This document shows positions 20,453 through 30,973 of a stretch of 64,000 nucleotides of DNA, in pieces; positions within the stretch are counted from its first letter, which is position 1; each line of letters starts with the position of its first letter. The stretch spans positions 44,475-108,474 of the IMG/VR virus record IMGVR_UViG_3300020477_001475, one strand, 5' to 3'. The notes below the pieces were generated by a model that saw only the letters and a program-made list of their open reading frames with translations, was not told where the DNA came from and did no database searches. This stretch comes from a virus. The translations under genes and the position numbers were made by a program.

Positions 20453-21763
20453 CTACCATTTTTTAAAAAAATTATCCAATGACGAAATAATCTTATTCAT
20501 ATGTTCGTCAGTGTTTATTTGCGAAACGCCTAACATCAAAAATCTTTCAAGAATAATGTCTGAATTTTTATGTTCATCACCATAAACATCAAACAAATGT
20601 TTTTTATTAGTATAAGCTGGATGTTTCAATAAATTAGCTCCAAACAATACTCTACTTTCTATTTTATCTTTCTGTAAATGATTTATTAAATGTTTCCTTT
20701 TAAATTTAGAATTTTCAGGTAATATAAATGGAAACGCGAATGGAGATGTTTCATCATCAATTTCCCATATATGTATATCATGTTCAAGTTTTGTAAAATA
20801 ATCATAAAGCTTTTTATAATTTTTTCTTCTTATATCATTAAATTCATCTATCCTATCCAATTGATTAAATAATATAGCACTTTGAAGTTCTAATGGTTTT
20901 AGATTATAACCCAACCATTCATATTGATAATTAACCATATAATCATCAGGAAGTTCACATTGAGATGTTAATTTTGTTGATGGACAAAAAGCTTCAGGAT
21001 TAACTGACCTTATACAACAATTAGATGATGCACAAAATCTACCCCAATTTCTAAAACCCCTCATTGCCAAATGTAAATTGTTATCATTAGTAACTATACC
21101 ACCACCTTCACCCATAGTAACATGATGTGCAACATAAAAACTAAATGTTGATGCTTTACCATATGATTGAATTGGTTGACCTTTATATTTAGTACCATAA
21201 GCATCACATGCATCAAAAAATACATGTATATTTTTAGTCCTAGCTATATCTAAAATCCTATCAATATCACTTTTAAAACCTAATGTATGTGCAACAAAAA
21301 CACCCTTAATATCTTCCTTATCGACTATTTCTTCAAATAAATCAGGTGATAAATTTAATGTATTTATATCAATATCAGCAAAAACAGGTCTTAAATTATT
21401 TTGTATTATTGGATTAACTGTAGTTGGAAATCCACATGACAAAGTTAAAATTTTATCATTATCTTTAAAATAACATTCTTTAGCTGCTGACATCAATAAA
21501 AGATTTGCTGAACTACCAGAATTTGTTACTAACCCATAATTTCTACCAGATATTTCAGCTAATTTAGTTTCCGAATTAAAAGTATATTTACCACCAGACC
21601 ACCATTCACTAAAAATAGCATCCATCATAGATGCGTATTCCTTTTTACCTATTTTTGGTCCAGAATATCTAACTTTATTTAAAGAATTTTCTTCATCCCT
21701 CTTATCAACCCAATATTCCATCAAAATTTTAATTTGTTTTTCTAAATCATTTTTATTTATCAT
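20453..21763 (-). CDS. rfbH: NDP-4-keto-6-deoxyglucose 3-dehydratase (RfbH/DdhC, DegT fold)
   Basis: NSGSSANLL, FPTTVNPI, AHTLG, SFYVAHHVTMGEGG with His at the PLP-Lys position, Cys cluster, GYNLK. Confidence 0.8.
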   Translation of the reverse strand: MINKNDLEKQIKILMEYWVDKRDEENSLNKVRYSGPKIGKKEYASMMDAIFSEWWSGGKYTFNSETKLAEISGRNYGLVTNSGSSANLLLMSAAKECYFKDNDKILTLSCGFPTTVNPIIQNNLRPVFADIDINTLNLSPDLFEEIVDKEDIKGVFVAHTLGFKSDIDRILDIARTKNIHVFFDACDAYGTKYKGQPIQSYGKASTFSFYVAHHVTMGEGGGIVTNDNNLHLAMRGFRNWGRFCASSNCCIRSVNPEAFCPSTKLTSQCELPDDYMVNYQYEWLGYNLKPLELQSAILFNQLDRIDEFNDIRRKNYKKLYDYFTKLEHDIHIWEIDDETSPFAFPFILPENSKFKRKHLINHLQKDKIESRVLFGANLLKHPAYTNKKHLFDVYGDEHKNSDIILERFLMLGVSQINTDEHMNKIISSLDNFFKKW

Positions 21764-21974
21764 ATTTTTCCTTAAAAAAATTATTTAACTTATCTAAAAT
21801 TATGTATTCTTTATTTATAAGTTCTTCACATTTTAACGCTGACTTTTTTCTTATTTTATAATCAATAGAATGATTTCTAGCATCATTGTCAGCCTTCATC
21901 CATTCCCACCAAACACTACATAATTCTGATATATGATCACTAAATTTATTTTTCATTTTTATTATCCATACCAT
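21753..21974 (-). CDS. Hypothetical protein
   Basis: Overlaps both neighbours in operon. Confidence 0.45.
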   Translation of the reverse strand: MVWIIKMKNKFSDHISELCSVWWEWMKADNDARNHSIDYKIRKKSALKCEELINKEYIILDKLNNFFKEKYDK

Positions 21975-22209
21975 AGGTTTTTATAGTTTTTAAAATTACA
22001 TTTTTTTCATTACCGTTTACAACATTTTCTATCTTTTCATCCAAAAATTTTGAAATGATTCCTCTATTTTCATTAAGAACCATCATTTTTTCATTAAGTT
22101 CCACATATTCATTATCAGTTAGTCCTTCTTCATGCAATTTATCTCTTATAGAAAATATTTTAATGTTTTCTATAACAAGTTTATCTATAAAATCGGCTAT
22201 ACTATACAT
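21946..22209 (-). CDS. Helical hypothetical protein (DUF4254-like), paralog of 19104-19454
   Basis: SIADFIDKLVIENIKIF..ENRGIISKFLDE..KTYG. Confidence 0.5.
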   Translation of the reverse strand: MYSIADFIDKLVIENIKIFSIRDKLHEEGLTDNEYVELNEKMMVLNENRGIISKFLDEKIENVVNGNEKNVILKTIKTYGMDNKNEK

Positions 22210-22943
22210 TTCATTTGCTCCAAATATTCTTGCATATCATCTTCCCATGTATCCAATTTAACGAATTTTTTAATTTTATCACACGACATCAAAAATTTAC
22301 CATAATTATGAAATTTTCTTTTATGTTTTTTTATTCTTTTTATTTCCAAATTTATATTAAAATATTTTTTTATATATTCACCATATTCATAATGAGAACT
22401 ATTGCCATCATTTGATAAATTAAAAATACCATTTAAATTATTATTAAATAATTCATATTCAACCACCTTCAAAACTTGTTTCAAACTGGTTGGATTAAAC
22501 ATCACATCATCCAACACAACTTCATCAGAAGTCATTATGTATTCAGTTAACTTATTTTGTTTAATTAAATTGGAATGCCCAAATAACTTACCCAACCTAA
22601 ATACAACTCCACCATTTTCTACAACTAATTTTTCACTCATCAACTTGTGTTCACAATATTTATATTCTTTAGTCACATTACTATCTTCCACACATTCATT
22701 TTCACCATCATATACATAATAAGAAGAAAAATGTATTATTTTACTATTAGGATAATTTTTAATAATATCAGAAACAACTTCATAATTTGAAACATATGAA
22801 ATATCTGAATTATCTTCACAAAATTCCAAATCTGGTTTACCTATACAATTAATAATATAACCATCAATATCATCTAAAAAATTAATATGATCTTTTAAAT
22901 ATGATCCCAAATACCCACTACTTCCTAAAATTAAATTATTCAT
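22197..22943 (-). CDS. RmlD-like sugar reductase
   Basis: GSSGYLG, INCIG, YCEHK. Confidence 0.75.
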   Translation of the reverse strand: MNNLILGSSGYLGSYLKDHINFLDDIDGYIINCIGKPDLEFCEDNSDISYVSNYEVVSDIIKNYPNSKIIHFSSYYVYDGENECVEDSNVTKEYKYCEHKLMSEKLVVENGGVVFRLGKLFGHSNLIKQNKLTEYIMTSDEVVLDDVMFNPTSLKQVLKVVEYELFNNNLNGIFNLSNDGNSSHYEYGEYIKKYFNINLEIKRIKKHKRKFHNYGKFLMSCDKIKKFVKLDTWEDDMQEYLEQMKCIV

Positions 22944-23704
22944 CTTTTATAAATTTTCTTCGTATAAATTGGATGTGGATCTATTTCTTCTTTTTTCCTA
23001 CTGACATTGGATATATGTGTAGGCGGATGCAGTCTATTACCACCACCTAAATGTTCCCAACCAGGCCAACTTGTTTCCCACTTATCTTTAAACACATCAT
23101 CATTAATACCATCATTCATAGGTAAGCGATCTTTAACATCACCATCTATCCTAGATTGTGTATCATCATCATCACCATGAGAATAATACCCTTCATTCTT
23201 TATGTTGTGAAAAATAATACCATTTTCAGAAGATCTTATCATAAAATCAACATCAAAATGAGGACCTATACCAAATTCTTCATCAAACCAACCCATTCTG
23301 GATATTGCCTTTTTATCAAAGCCAAATAATGCATGATTATCAATCAAAACATATTCACACCTATTGGTAATGATTTGATTATATAAGGATTCATACCAAC
23401 CTGATTTTAAAAAAATAGTATCAGAACTTGCAAACATAACATATCTATTATGTGTCAACATCATACCTAAATTCCAAGCTTCTGACAAACTACTTCTATA
23501 AGTAGTTTCACATATCCTTATTGTTCTACCATCTATAGTATTACAAAATTTTCTTAATTCTCTTATAGTTTGTTCTTCTGAAGATGCATCTATTAAACAA
23601 AAATCAACTTCTTTTGGACAAGTTTTATCTGCTGTAGAAATAGATTTCTTTAATATATCTACTCTATTCCTAAAGGACCAAATCAATGTAAAATTATTAC
23701 TCAT
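22940..23704 (-). CDS. Glycosyltransferase family 2-like
   Basis: LIDAS, SEAWNLG, GWFDEEF..DVDF. Confidence 0.7.
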   Translation of the reverse strand: MSNNFTLIWSFRNRVDILKKSISTADKTCPKEVDFCLIDASSEEQTIRELRKFCNTIDGRTIRICETTYRSSLSEAWNLGMMLTHNRYVMFASSDTIFLKSGWYESLYNQIITNRCEYVLIDNHALFGFDKKAISRMGWFDEEFGIGPHFDVDFMIRSSENGIIFHNIKNEGYYSHGDDDDTQSRIDGDVKDRLPMNDGINDDVFKDKWETSWPGWEHLGGGNRLHPPTHISNVSRKKEEIDPHPIYTKKIYKR

Positions 23705-24506
23705 TTGAACTTGATTTCCTCATACCTTTAAACACTGTTGTTTCATATCTTTCATTATCATCCAATATAGTTTTAAATAATTTACCACCAACTTTTAATT
23801 CTTTTGCCAACCTATTTAACGCTTTAGTATCTTTTGGTAAACATACACCACCAAATCCCCTGAAATTTTCATTACAATCCAAATATTTATCTGTAATATG
23901 TTTTCTATTTACTACAGCATTTTTCACATTAGTATAATTTACACCCAAACCTTCACATATTTCATAAAAACTATTAGCAAATGTAATTAATGTAGCCGCG
24001 TAAACATTATTAAAATATTTAACTAATTCAGCTTCTGTAACTGATAATTGAATTATATTTCGTGGGTATCTTCCATGTGCTTTTTTGATCAAATTAAATA
24101 CAGAACTTTTATCAGTACCAATTATACATAAATCATGATTTTCACAAAAATCTGTGATTGCACATCTTTCCCTTAAAAACTCGGGTACATAACAAATTTT
24201 CCTATCTGGATATTTTTCTTGTAATTTTTGTGTAGTTCCAGGTTCTACTGTTGATTTAATAGCTATAATACCTTTATAATCAATCTTATTCAATTCAAAA
24301 ACAACATCCTTAACAATATGAACATTACATTTACCATTTTTTAAAGATGGTGTAGGAACGCAAATAAATACAACATCTGTATCCATCACATCTTCTATTG
24401 ATGTATAATGTCTTGTATCATGAGTAAATACCTTATGACCTAATTTTTCAAAACCGTACTTTACAGCTGAACCTACTACACCTATACCTACTACACCTAT
24501 GTTCAT
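23697..24506 (-). CDS. ugd: UDP-glucose/GDP-mannose 6-dehydrogenase (short form)
   Basis: GIGVVG, CVPTP, KSTVEPGT, PEFLRE, GFGGVCLPKD. Confidence 0.85.
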   Translation of the reverse strand: MNIGVVGIGVVGSAVKYGFEKLGHKVFTHDTRHYTSIEDVMDTDVVFICVPTPSLKNGKCNVHIVKDVVFELNKIDYKGIIAIKSTVEPGTTQKLQEKYPDRKICYVPEFLRERCAITDFCENHDLCIIGTDKSSVFNLIKKAHGRYPRNIIQLSVTEAELVKYFNNVYAATLITFANSFYEICEGLGVNYTNVKNAVVNRKHITDKYLDCNENFRGFGGVCLPKDTKALNRLAKELKVGGKLFKTILDDNERYETTVFKGMRKSSSNE

Positions 24507-25309
24507 GTATAAATTCCTTTTTGCATATTCCTTCTAGTTTCAAGACCACCACAATGATAACTTATAGCATCCAATGATTTTGTTATTTCTACACCACCGA
24601 GTTTACATCTATCAAAAAAATCTGTATCACCTGTTATATTATATTGATTTAAAATTTTATTCATAGGTCCAAATCTATCCCATACATCTTTTGGTACTAA
24701 AAAAGGCATAGCATCTAACCTATGACCGTACTCACCACCTTTACCCAAAGTTTCATGATATAAACCTGGGATAGTTTCAAAAACTAATTTGTCAGTTTCC
24801 ATTTCATTACAATAATCTACAAAACCATCTTCATTGAACCCCCCATCAGTAGTTGTTCCAAAATTCCTAGCTGTATGTAAAGTCGGTATAGTACCAGGTT
24901 CTATTAATTTACAATTGACTATTCTATTAGATTTACCATGTTTTACCAAATTCTTCAACCAATTTTTATGAAATGCATGATCTGTAGCTATTGGACATAT
25001 ATAATCAGCTCCGTGTTCAAATCCTATCGTATACCCATAATTCCAACCTTTATATAGATTCCATAAAAATCCTTTACCTTCGTCATATTCCATATCAACA
25101 TATTTAAAATTATTCTTGTCCAACCATTCATATGTATGTTTCGGAGTTTTCCAACATATAAATACTATATCACAATCTTCTTCTGGTAATCCTATATTTT
25201 TCAAGGCACCATATTTACCATTAATGGCAAATTCTGCCATATCGATAGCACCACCTATTTGACAATACATTACAACCTTTGGTTTATTCCATTTTTTATC
25301 ATAAAACAT
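24503..25309 (-). CDS. Glycosyltransferase-like protein (GT-A fold)
   Basis: LYKGWN..ATDHAF..NWLKNL..GDTDFF; similar to 28780-29538. Confidence 0.55.
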   Translation of the reverse strand: MFYDKKWNKPKVVMYCQIGGAIDMAEFAINGKYGALKNIGLPEEDCDIVFICWKTPKHTYEWLDKNNFKYVDMEYDEGKGFLWNLYKGWNYGYTIGFEHGADYICPIATDHAFHKNWLKNLVKHGKSNRIVNCKLIEPGTIPTLHTARNFGTTTDGGFNEDGFVDYCNEMETDKLVFETIPGLYHETLGKGGEYGHRLDAMPFLVPKDVWDRFGPMNKILNQYNITGDTDFFDRCKLGGVEITKSLDAISYHCGGLETRRNMQKGIYT

Positions 25310-25310
25310 A

Positions 25311-25967
25311 CTATTCTTCTCCTCTCACAAATCTTTTTTTCACTAATGATTTTGATACATCCAACAAAATAGATTCTTCCCATTTTAAAAAAGAAACATC
25401 AGACAATTTTCCAAGATCATAATCAGGATTATGTTCTGGTTCAGGTGATAACCTTTTCACCAAAACTTCATTAACCAACCATTTTCTATTATGATATTCA
25501 TGATTGTGTGTTTTCCATCTACTACCACCACCTCTATACTCAATTTCATCCTTTTCATAATGAGCAATATCAGCTTCTTTAAGCCTTAACATATAATCAG
25601 AATCTTCATAACCACCACCCACATAATTTTCATCAAGAAATCCAACTTGTTGTATAAGTTGCTTTTTAAACCCAAAAAATGCAAATCTCCATAAACCAAC
25701 AAACCCATAACCATCATCCAATAAATTTAAAGTTCTTTCGATTTGCTCATAATTTGGTTTACATCTATCGGAACAAATTATAACTATTTCAGTATCGGTC
25801 ATTAATATAGAATCATTTATAAGTTTAGAGAAGCTAGGATAATTAGATCCATCTTTTCTAAGAACCATTTTTTCATCTATACCCAAAGAAATAATATGAT
25901 TGTAAATTGGATCAGAGTGCGTAGGTTCACAAGATGGTATAACTATTGTAAAATCTTTTCTATCCAC
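25311..25967 (-). CDS. Glycosyltransferase family 2-like
   Basis: VGFLDENYVGGGYEDSDY. Confidence 0.65.
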   Translation of the reverse strand: MDRKDFTIVIPSCEPTHSDPIYNHIISLGIDEKMVLRKDGSNYPSFSKLINDSILMTDTEIVIICSDRCKPNYEQIERTLNLLDDGYGFVGLWRFAFFGFKKQLIQQVGFLDENYVGGGYEDSDYMLRLKEADIAHYEKDEIEYRGGGSRWKTHNHEYHNRKWLVNEVLVKRLSPEPEHNPDYDLGKLSDVSFLKWEESILLDVSKSLVKKRFVRGEE

Positions 25968-25972
25968 TTTCC

Positions 25973-27223
25973 TTATACTCCCACAAAATTTTTCAATTCT
26001 AAATGACTATCCACTATTTGCATTTCTGGAAAAGCTACTATATATCTATAACCTCTACCATTTAACTTTTCAATAATCATTTTAGAAAAATTCCAAGCAA
26101 AAATAAAAATATAATCTGGTTTTTCATTATCGTTATCTAAATGTTCTTTACTGACAATAGGTACGTGAGTTCCTGCTATATATCTATCAATTCTTTCTGG
26201 TGATTCATCTACTATGTAGTCAACCATATCAGTCGTAATACCTGCCAAATTACAAAGCATTGTTGCCCTACCAGATGCACCATAACCCACAATTTTCATA
26301 TCTTGACTCTTTAAATCTTCCAATGTTTCTTTAATAACTTCAATATGTTGATTGACTTTTTTACCAAATGATGTAAAATATTCCAATGATGTTATTTCCC
26401 AATCATCTCTTTCAAGATATAACCTACCAGACACTTTTTTATTTAATTTTTCTTGTGAATTTTTAACTAAAACTCTAATACTTCCCGCGTGTATGGGTAT
26501 TTCTTCAAAATCTACAACAGTCATATCGTATTTTTTAAATAAGTTATACAAAGCAGTCAACGAATAATAATAAAGATGTTCGTGATAAATATTATCATAT
26601 TGCAATTTTTCAATCAATGGTTTAACATAATGAACTTCTATTTGAAAATAACCATCTTCCTTTAGTGTCTTTTTAACACCTTTAACAATAGATTGTATGT
26701 CGTCTATATGTGCAAAACAATTATTTGATATTACAAAATCAAACCTATTTTCAAATTCAAATTTACCAACAAATTCTTCATTGAAATATTCATTATATAC
26801 ATTACAACCCTTCGATTCGGCTATTTCACATATATTAACTGCTGGATCAACTCCCACCGCATCAATACCCAAATCCATTAAGGGTTTTAATAAAACACCA
26901 TCATTAGAACCAATTTCCAAAACATTTTTTGGGTTAAATTTACTTTTTATATTCTTAGCTACATCAGAAAAATGATTAGATAAACCAATAGATGACATAT
27001 AACGATAATCTTCAAATAATACATCAGCATCTACTATACTGTCAGTTTGCAATAAGCTACATTTTTCACAAAATTGAATATTCAAATTATACTTCTTATC
27101 ATTTTTTAGTCCTTCTTTATCCAAAAAATCTCCAGCTAACGGTACATTACCATATTCCATTATAGTGTGTAAATTTTTATTATCACACACTGCGCATCGT
27201 GTTCTTGTCTTGTATTCATTCAT
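25973..27223 (-). CDS. NDP-sugar C-methyltransferase
   Basis: N-terminal CAVC/CEKC zinc site, EIGSNDG, YHEHLYY, HAGSIR, GYGASGR, FAWNF. Confidence 0.85.
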   Translation of the reverse strand: MNEYKTRTRCAVCDNKNLHTIMEYGNVPLAGDFLDKEGLKNDKKYNLNIQFCEKCSLLQTDSIVDADVLFEDYRYMSSIGLSNHFSDVAKNIKSKFNPKNVLEIGSNDGVLLKPLMDLGIDAVGVDPAVNICEIAESKGCNVYNEYFNEEFVGKFEFENRFDFVISNNCFAHIDDIQSIVKGVKKTLKEDGYFQIEVHYVKPLIEKLQYDNIYHEHLYYYSLTALYNLFKKYDMTVVDFEEIPIHAGSIRVLVKNSQEKLNKKVSGRLYLERDDWEITSLEYFTSFGKKVNQHIEVIKETLEDLKSQDMKIVGYGASGRATMLCNLAGITTDMVDYIVDESPERIDRYIAGTHVPIVSKEHLDNDNEKPDYIFIFAWNFSKMIIEKLNGRGYRYIVAFPEMQIVDSHLELKNFVGV

Positions 27224-27872
27224 AATAAGCTCCTGTTATATAAACCTTTTTACCATTTTTATCTTTTATATATGCATTGGGAAAAGGATCCCGTAACATT
27301 CTTATTTTATTGTAAATATATTCAGCTGATTTAGTAGTTATTTCTTCCAATGTTATTTCAGATTCATGTGGCTTCCTTCTTGGAAAATATGTCATATCAT
27401 CTTCATTTTGTTTAATAAAATTATATCCATTTTTTAAAAAATCACATGTACCAGAAAAACCTAATTCAAACATCCTATCTAAAATATCTTCTATATCACC
27501 AGACAATGACATTGGCAATTGTCTTATAATATCACCCGAATCAATTTGACCATTCATTTTAAAAATAGTTACCGCACTCATTTTTTCATTTCTTATTATT
27601 TGATTTTGCAGTGGAGTTCCTCCCCTGTATTTAGGTAAAAGTGATGGATGCAAGCAAATACAATCATATTTATCAACTAAATGATCAGGTATCATCCAAC
27701 TCCAACCATACCACAATATAATATCAGGTTTAAATTTTGTTATAATATCTTCCGAGTAAGATTTTTTATTTCGTATTATCTTAAAATTATATTCTGGTAA
27801 TGAATTTTCTAACATATCATATATTTTACATGCCCAATTTCTATATGTTACACATAATATATTTTTTATCAT
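27216..27872 (-). CDS. Formyltransferase (Fmt-like, probably sugar N-formyltransferase)
   Basis: LHPSLLPKYRGGTP, IDSGDI. Confidence 0.8.
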   Translation of the reverse strand: MIKNILCVTYRNWACKIYDMLENSLPEYNFKIIRNKKSYSEDIITKFKPDIILWYGWSWMIPDHLVDKYDCICLHPSLLPKYRGGTPLQNQIIRNEKMSAVTIFKMNGQIDSGDIIRQLPMSLSGDIEDILDRMFELGFSGTCDFLKNGYNFIKQNEDDMTYFPRRKPHESEITLEEITTKSAEYIYNKIRMLRDPFPNAYIKDKNGKKVYITGAYYE

Positions 27873-28777
27873 GGTAATAACCTTGTTTGTGACGCGTCAT
27901 ATCTAGGAATCATCAATGGATCAAAACTAATAGAATCCAATGTTTCTTGTTTTGTGGTGAATGCCAAATCATATTCATATTTTGACATACATTTCAATGT
28001 ATCATTGTTATAACCACCATTGGGATATGCAAAAGTACGATACCCATTATAAAAATTATTAACAAATTCAATAGATTTAAATATTTCATTATCCAATCTT
28101 GCATCAGACATATTAGATAAATCTTCGGAAATATAACCGTGTCCACCAATATACATACCATTATTAACTAATTCAACAATATGATCAGTATTCAAATAAA
28201 ATTTATCACATAAATCCTTTTCATCAGTTGTAACATAATCTTTAAATAATTGATTAGCCAATCTTTTACCACTAGAATGATTCCTCAATATATTAGTAAC
28301 AAAAACCATTTCAGGTGACCACCAATTATCTTTCCATTTGGATACAGAATAAATATCCCACAACTTATCGTCACCCAATTCATCAATTATAAGAGATGTA
28401 AGTTTTTTTTCATCAACCAAAGCTAAAATAAATTGTATTTTATTGGACAAAAGAATTTTCCTTCTGGTTACAGCTTCACATGGTATAAAAAAAGTACCAT
28501 TAATTTTTTTATCAATCAAAATATCTAATATATCATAATGGTCTAAAAGTCCATCATCAAATGTAAGTATGGAATAATTACCCTTATCATTTTTATCCAA
28601 TTCTAAAAATTGAGATGTAGATATAATATCACTTTCATTTTTGATAAAATCTATTTGTTTGATAAACTTATTTCTAGTAATATATGACTTCAATTCATAT
28701 CTTTTATGAAATAACCTACCAAAGTCACTATCTTTATGATTTCTTATATCATGATACATGAAACTTTTTACTAACAT
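27869..28777 (-). CDS. Polysaccharide deacetylase
   Basis: MYHD, LTFDDG, IGGHG, FAYPNG. Confidence 0.85.
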   Translation of the reverse strand: MLVKSFMYHDIRNHKDSDFGRLFHKRYELKSYITRNKFIKQIDFIKNESDIISTSQFLELDKNDKGNYSILTFDDGLLDHYDILDILIDKKINGTFFIPCEAVTRRKILLSNKIQFILALVDEKKLTSLIIDELGDDKLWDIYSVSKWKDNWWSPEMVFVTNILRNHSSGKRLANQLFKDYVTTDEKDLCDKFYLNTDHIVELVNNGMYIGGHGYISEDLSNMSDARLDNEIFKSIEFVNNFYNGYRTFAYPNGGYNNDTLKCMSKYEYDLAFTTKQETLDSISFDPLMIPRYDASQTRLLP

Positions 28778-28779
28778 AA

Positions 28780-29538
28780 TTAAGCGTCCTTTTCTCCTTC
28801 AATAATATGATATACAATTGAATCGAATATAGTTATATGTTTCATACCAAACATTTTTTCCAATTTTTCATAAAATAAAAATGTATCACTGGTTTTATAA
28901 ACTTCCCTATCATTTGGATAACCTACAGAAATAGTACCATCAGTTTCAAGAAATACATTACCTTCTGGATACCCGCCAGATTCAATAAATCTGGATTTTT
29001 CAAAAACAGGTGAACAAAATATACCACCCGTATGAACTTCATTTCTTTCTATTGTATTTGCAAATTCATACCAACCATCAAATTCAAATCCATTGGGATG
29101 TCTACCAAAATCATTATTTCCCATATTTATACAATGTTTTCCTGAAGCCATTTTACCACTTTCAACAGTTCTACTGCATGGAATATTTGCACCATCATGA
29201 TGTTTTAATAAATTTGACAGCCAATTTTTACTAATAACATTATCAGAATTTAATAAACAAACATTATCATATTCACTAGAAAATACCGCATGATTAAAAG
29301 CTTTATATACTCTATTTAAATAAAATTCATTTGGGTCTAAATTATTAAAAATTGTATAATTTATATCTAATTTTTTAAGTTCGTTAATAACTTCTTCAGT
29401 TGCATCATTAGCAACTATACGTATACCTACTTCCCAACCATCCGCTTTACACATATCACTTTTCAATTGATCATATATAAAATGTAAATATTGGACAGAT
29501 TTAAAAATTAATGATACTATTTCTATATTTTTTTTCAT
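28780..29538 (-). CDS. Glycosyltransferase-like protein (GT-A fold)
   Basis: VANDA, LLNSDN, NWLSNL, GGYPEG. Confidence 0.6.
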   Translation of the reverse strand: MKKNIEIVSLIFKSVQYLHFIYDQLKSDMCKADGWEVGIRIVANDATEEVINELKKLDINYTIFNNLDPNEFYLNRVYKAFNHAVFSSEYDNVCLLNSDNVISKNWLSNLLKHHDGANIPCSRTVESGKMASGKHCINMGNNDFGRHPNGFEFDGWYEFANTIERNEVHTGGIFCSPVFEKSRFIESGGYPEGNVFLETDGTISVGYPNDREVYKTSDTFLFYEKLEKMFGMKHITIFDSIVYHIIEGEKDA

Positions 29539-30176
29539 TTATTAACAACCCTAAAAATATACCATTCAAATGAAAATGGATCATCAAACCAAAAAGGACC
29601 ACTTTCTTCAATAAGCTTTTTATCAGTCAAATTTATCATAGATTTCATTTTATCGGAAGAATAAAAATATAACATACTCCTATTGATATCATTTATAATT
29701 AATTCTGATAAAACTGTTTTTTTAGGATTCAAAGAAGCAAATTGGAAACTAAAGATACCATCATCTTTAATATTAACATCATCTATAATCCTAATAACTT
29801 CTTCTTCATGATTATGTTGTATACATAAATGTGAAAAGGCTATATCAACAGGTTCAATTTTATTTATATCATCAGTCAAATATAATTCATCATAAAAATT
29901 CTTTGATATTTCCAAAGATTTTGAAGAAATATCAACACCAATAATCTTATTAACTCGTGATTTAATCCCAACACCTGATGCACCACCACCTATACCTATA
30001 TCAAGAAAACTTTTATTTTTATCTATATTTAACCCATGATATTTTTGAATATTATCTTCAAAATAATTATTATTGATAGTTCCTGTGACAAAACTATCTT
30101 TATCATAATCATTATCAGAATCTATAGTAGAATGTTTTGAATCCCAATCCAATTGTTTATATTTTTTATATATCAT
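29535..30176 (-). CDS. Class I SAM-dependent methyltransferase
   Basis: LDIGIGGG, GVDIS, CIQH. Confidence 0.75.
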   Translation of the reverse strand: MIYKKYKQLDWDSKHSTIDSDNDYDKDSFVTGTINNNYFEDNIQKYHGLNIDKNKSFLDIGIGGGASGVGIKSRVNKIIGVDISSKSLEISKNFYDELYLTDDINKIEPVDIAFSHLCIQHNHEEEVIRIIDDVNIKDDGIFSFQFASLNPKKTVLSELIINDINRSMLYFYSSDKMKSMINLTDKKLIEESGPFWFDDPFSFEWYIFRVVNK

Positions 30177-30973
30177 AAATCTAAACTCCTTAACCCAGTC
30201 AAAGGATATACACTTTTCAATGCATCTTTATTTATTGGATTTTCATTATCTTCTATAACAAACCATTCTGGTAATATACCTTCAGGTAATTTTTGAACAT
30301 TTAAAGTATTTTCGTCAATTAATCTATCCAAATTCCAGCCAGATTGTCCTCTATCTTTATATATTTGATATCTATCCATAATTTGTTTATCTGTAGAAAA
30401 TCCTTTATGAATTAAATTAATATCTTTAGCCAATAATATATTTGATAAACCTATAGGATATTGTTGGCTGTGTAATCCAGAATTTTCTGGAAATGAAATA
30501 TTGCCATTATTTTTCCAAAAAGCCACAACTTTCTGATGTAACCAATGATATTCATTATCTGTCCTATAATATAAATCACTTCTCCACAAATTATAATGAC
30601 CAACAGCTAAACCATCAGCTTTATCATCATTGGAAACTTTTTTCAAAAAATCATATAAATTATTTTTATTCAATGCATTATTACTCAATAATGTATCTCC
30701 ATCCATCCAATAAATCCAATCTACATCAGGATGATCCTTTAATAACTTTTCTAATAATATTTTTTTACACTTTATTTCATTTTTAAAATCATTTATAGAT
30801 GATTCAATAACAACAACATTATCATAATTCTTATAATAATCCAAACTACCATCATCCGAATTTTGATCATAAATGTAAATAAAATCACATATAGACTGCA
30901 TACATTTAAACCAATTTTCTAAATTACCTTTTGATAATTCATTTCTCAATTGTGTAAAGCCAATTAATTTCAT
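30173..30973 (-). CDS. Glycosyltransferase family 2-like
   Basis: YDQNSDDGS, WIYWMDGD. Confidence 0.7.
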   Translation of the reverse strand: MKLIGFTQLRNELSKGNLENWFKCMQSICDFIYIYDQNSDDGSLDYYKNYDNVVVIESSINDFKNEIKCKKILLEKLLKDHPDVDWIYWMDGDTLLSNNALNKNNLYDFLKKVSNDDKADGLAVGHYNLWRSDLYYRTDNEYHWLHQKVVAFWKNNGNISFPENSGLHSQQYPIGLSNILLAKDINLIHKGFSTDKQIMDRYQIYKDRGQSGWNLDRLIDENTLNVQKLPEGILPEWFVIEDNENPINKDALKSVYPLTGLRSLDL

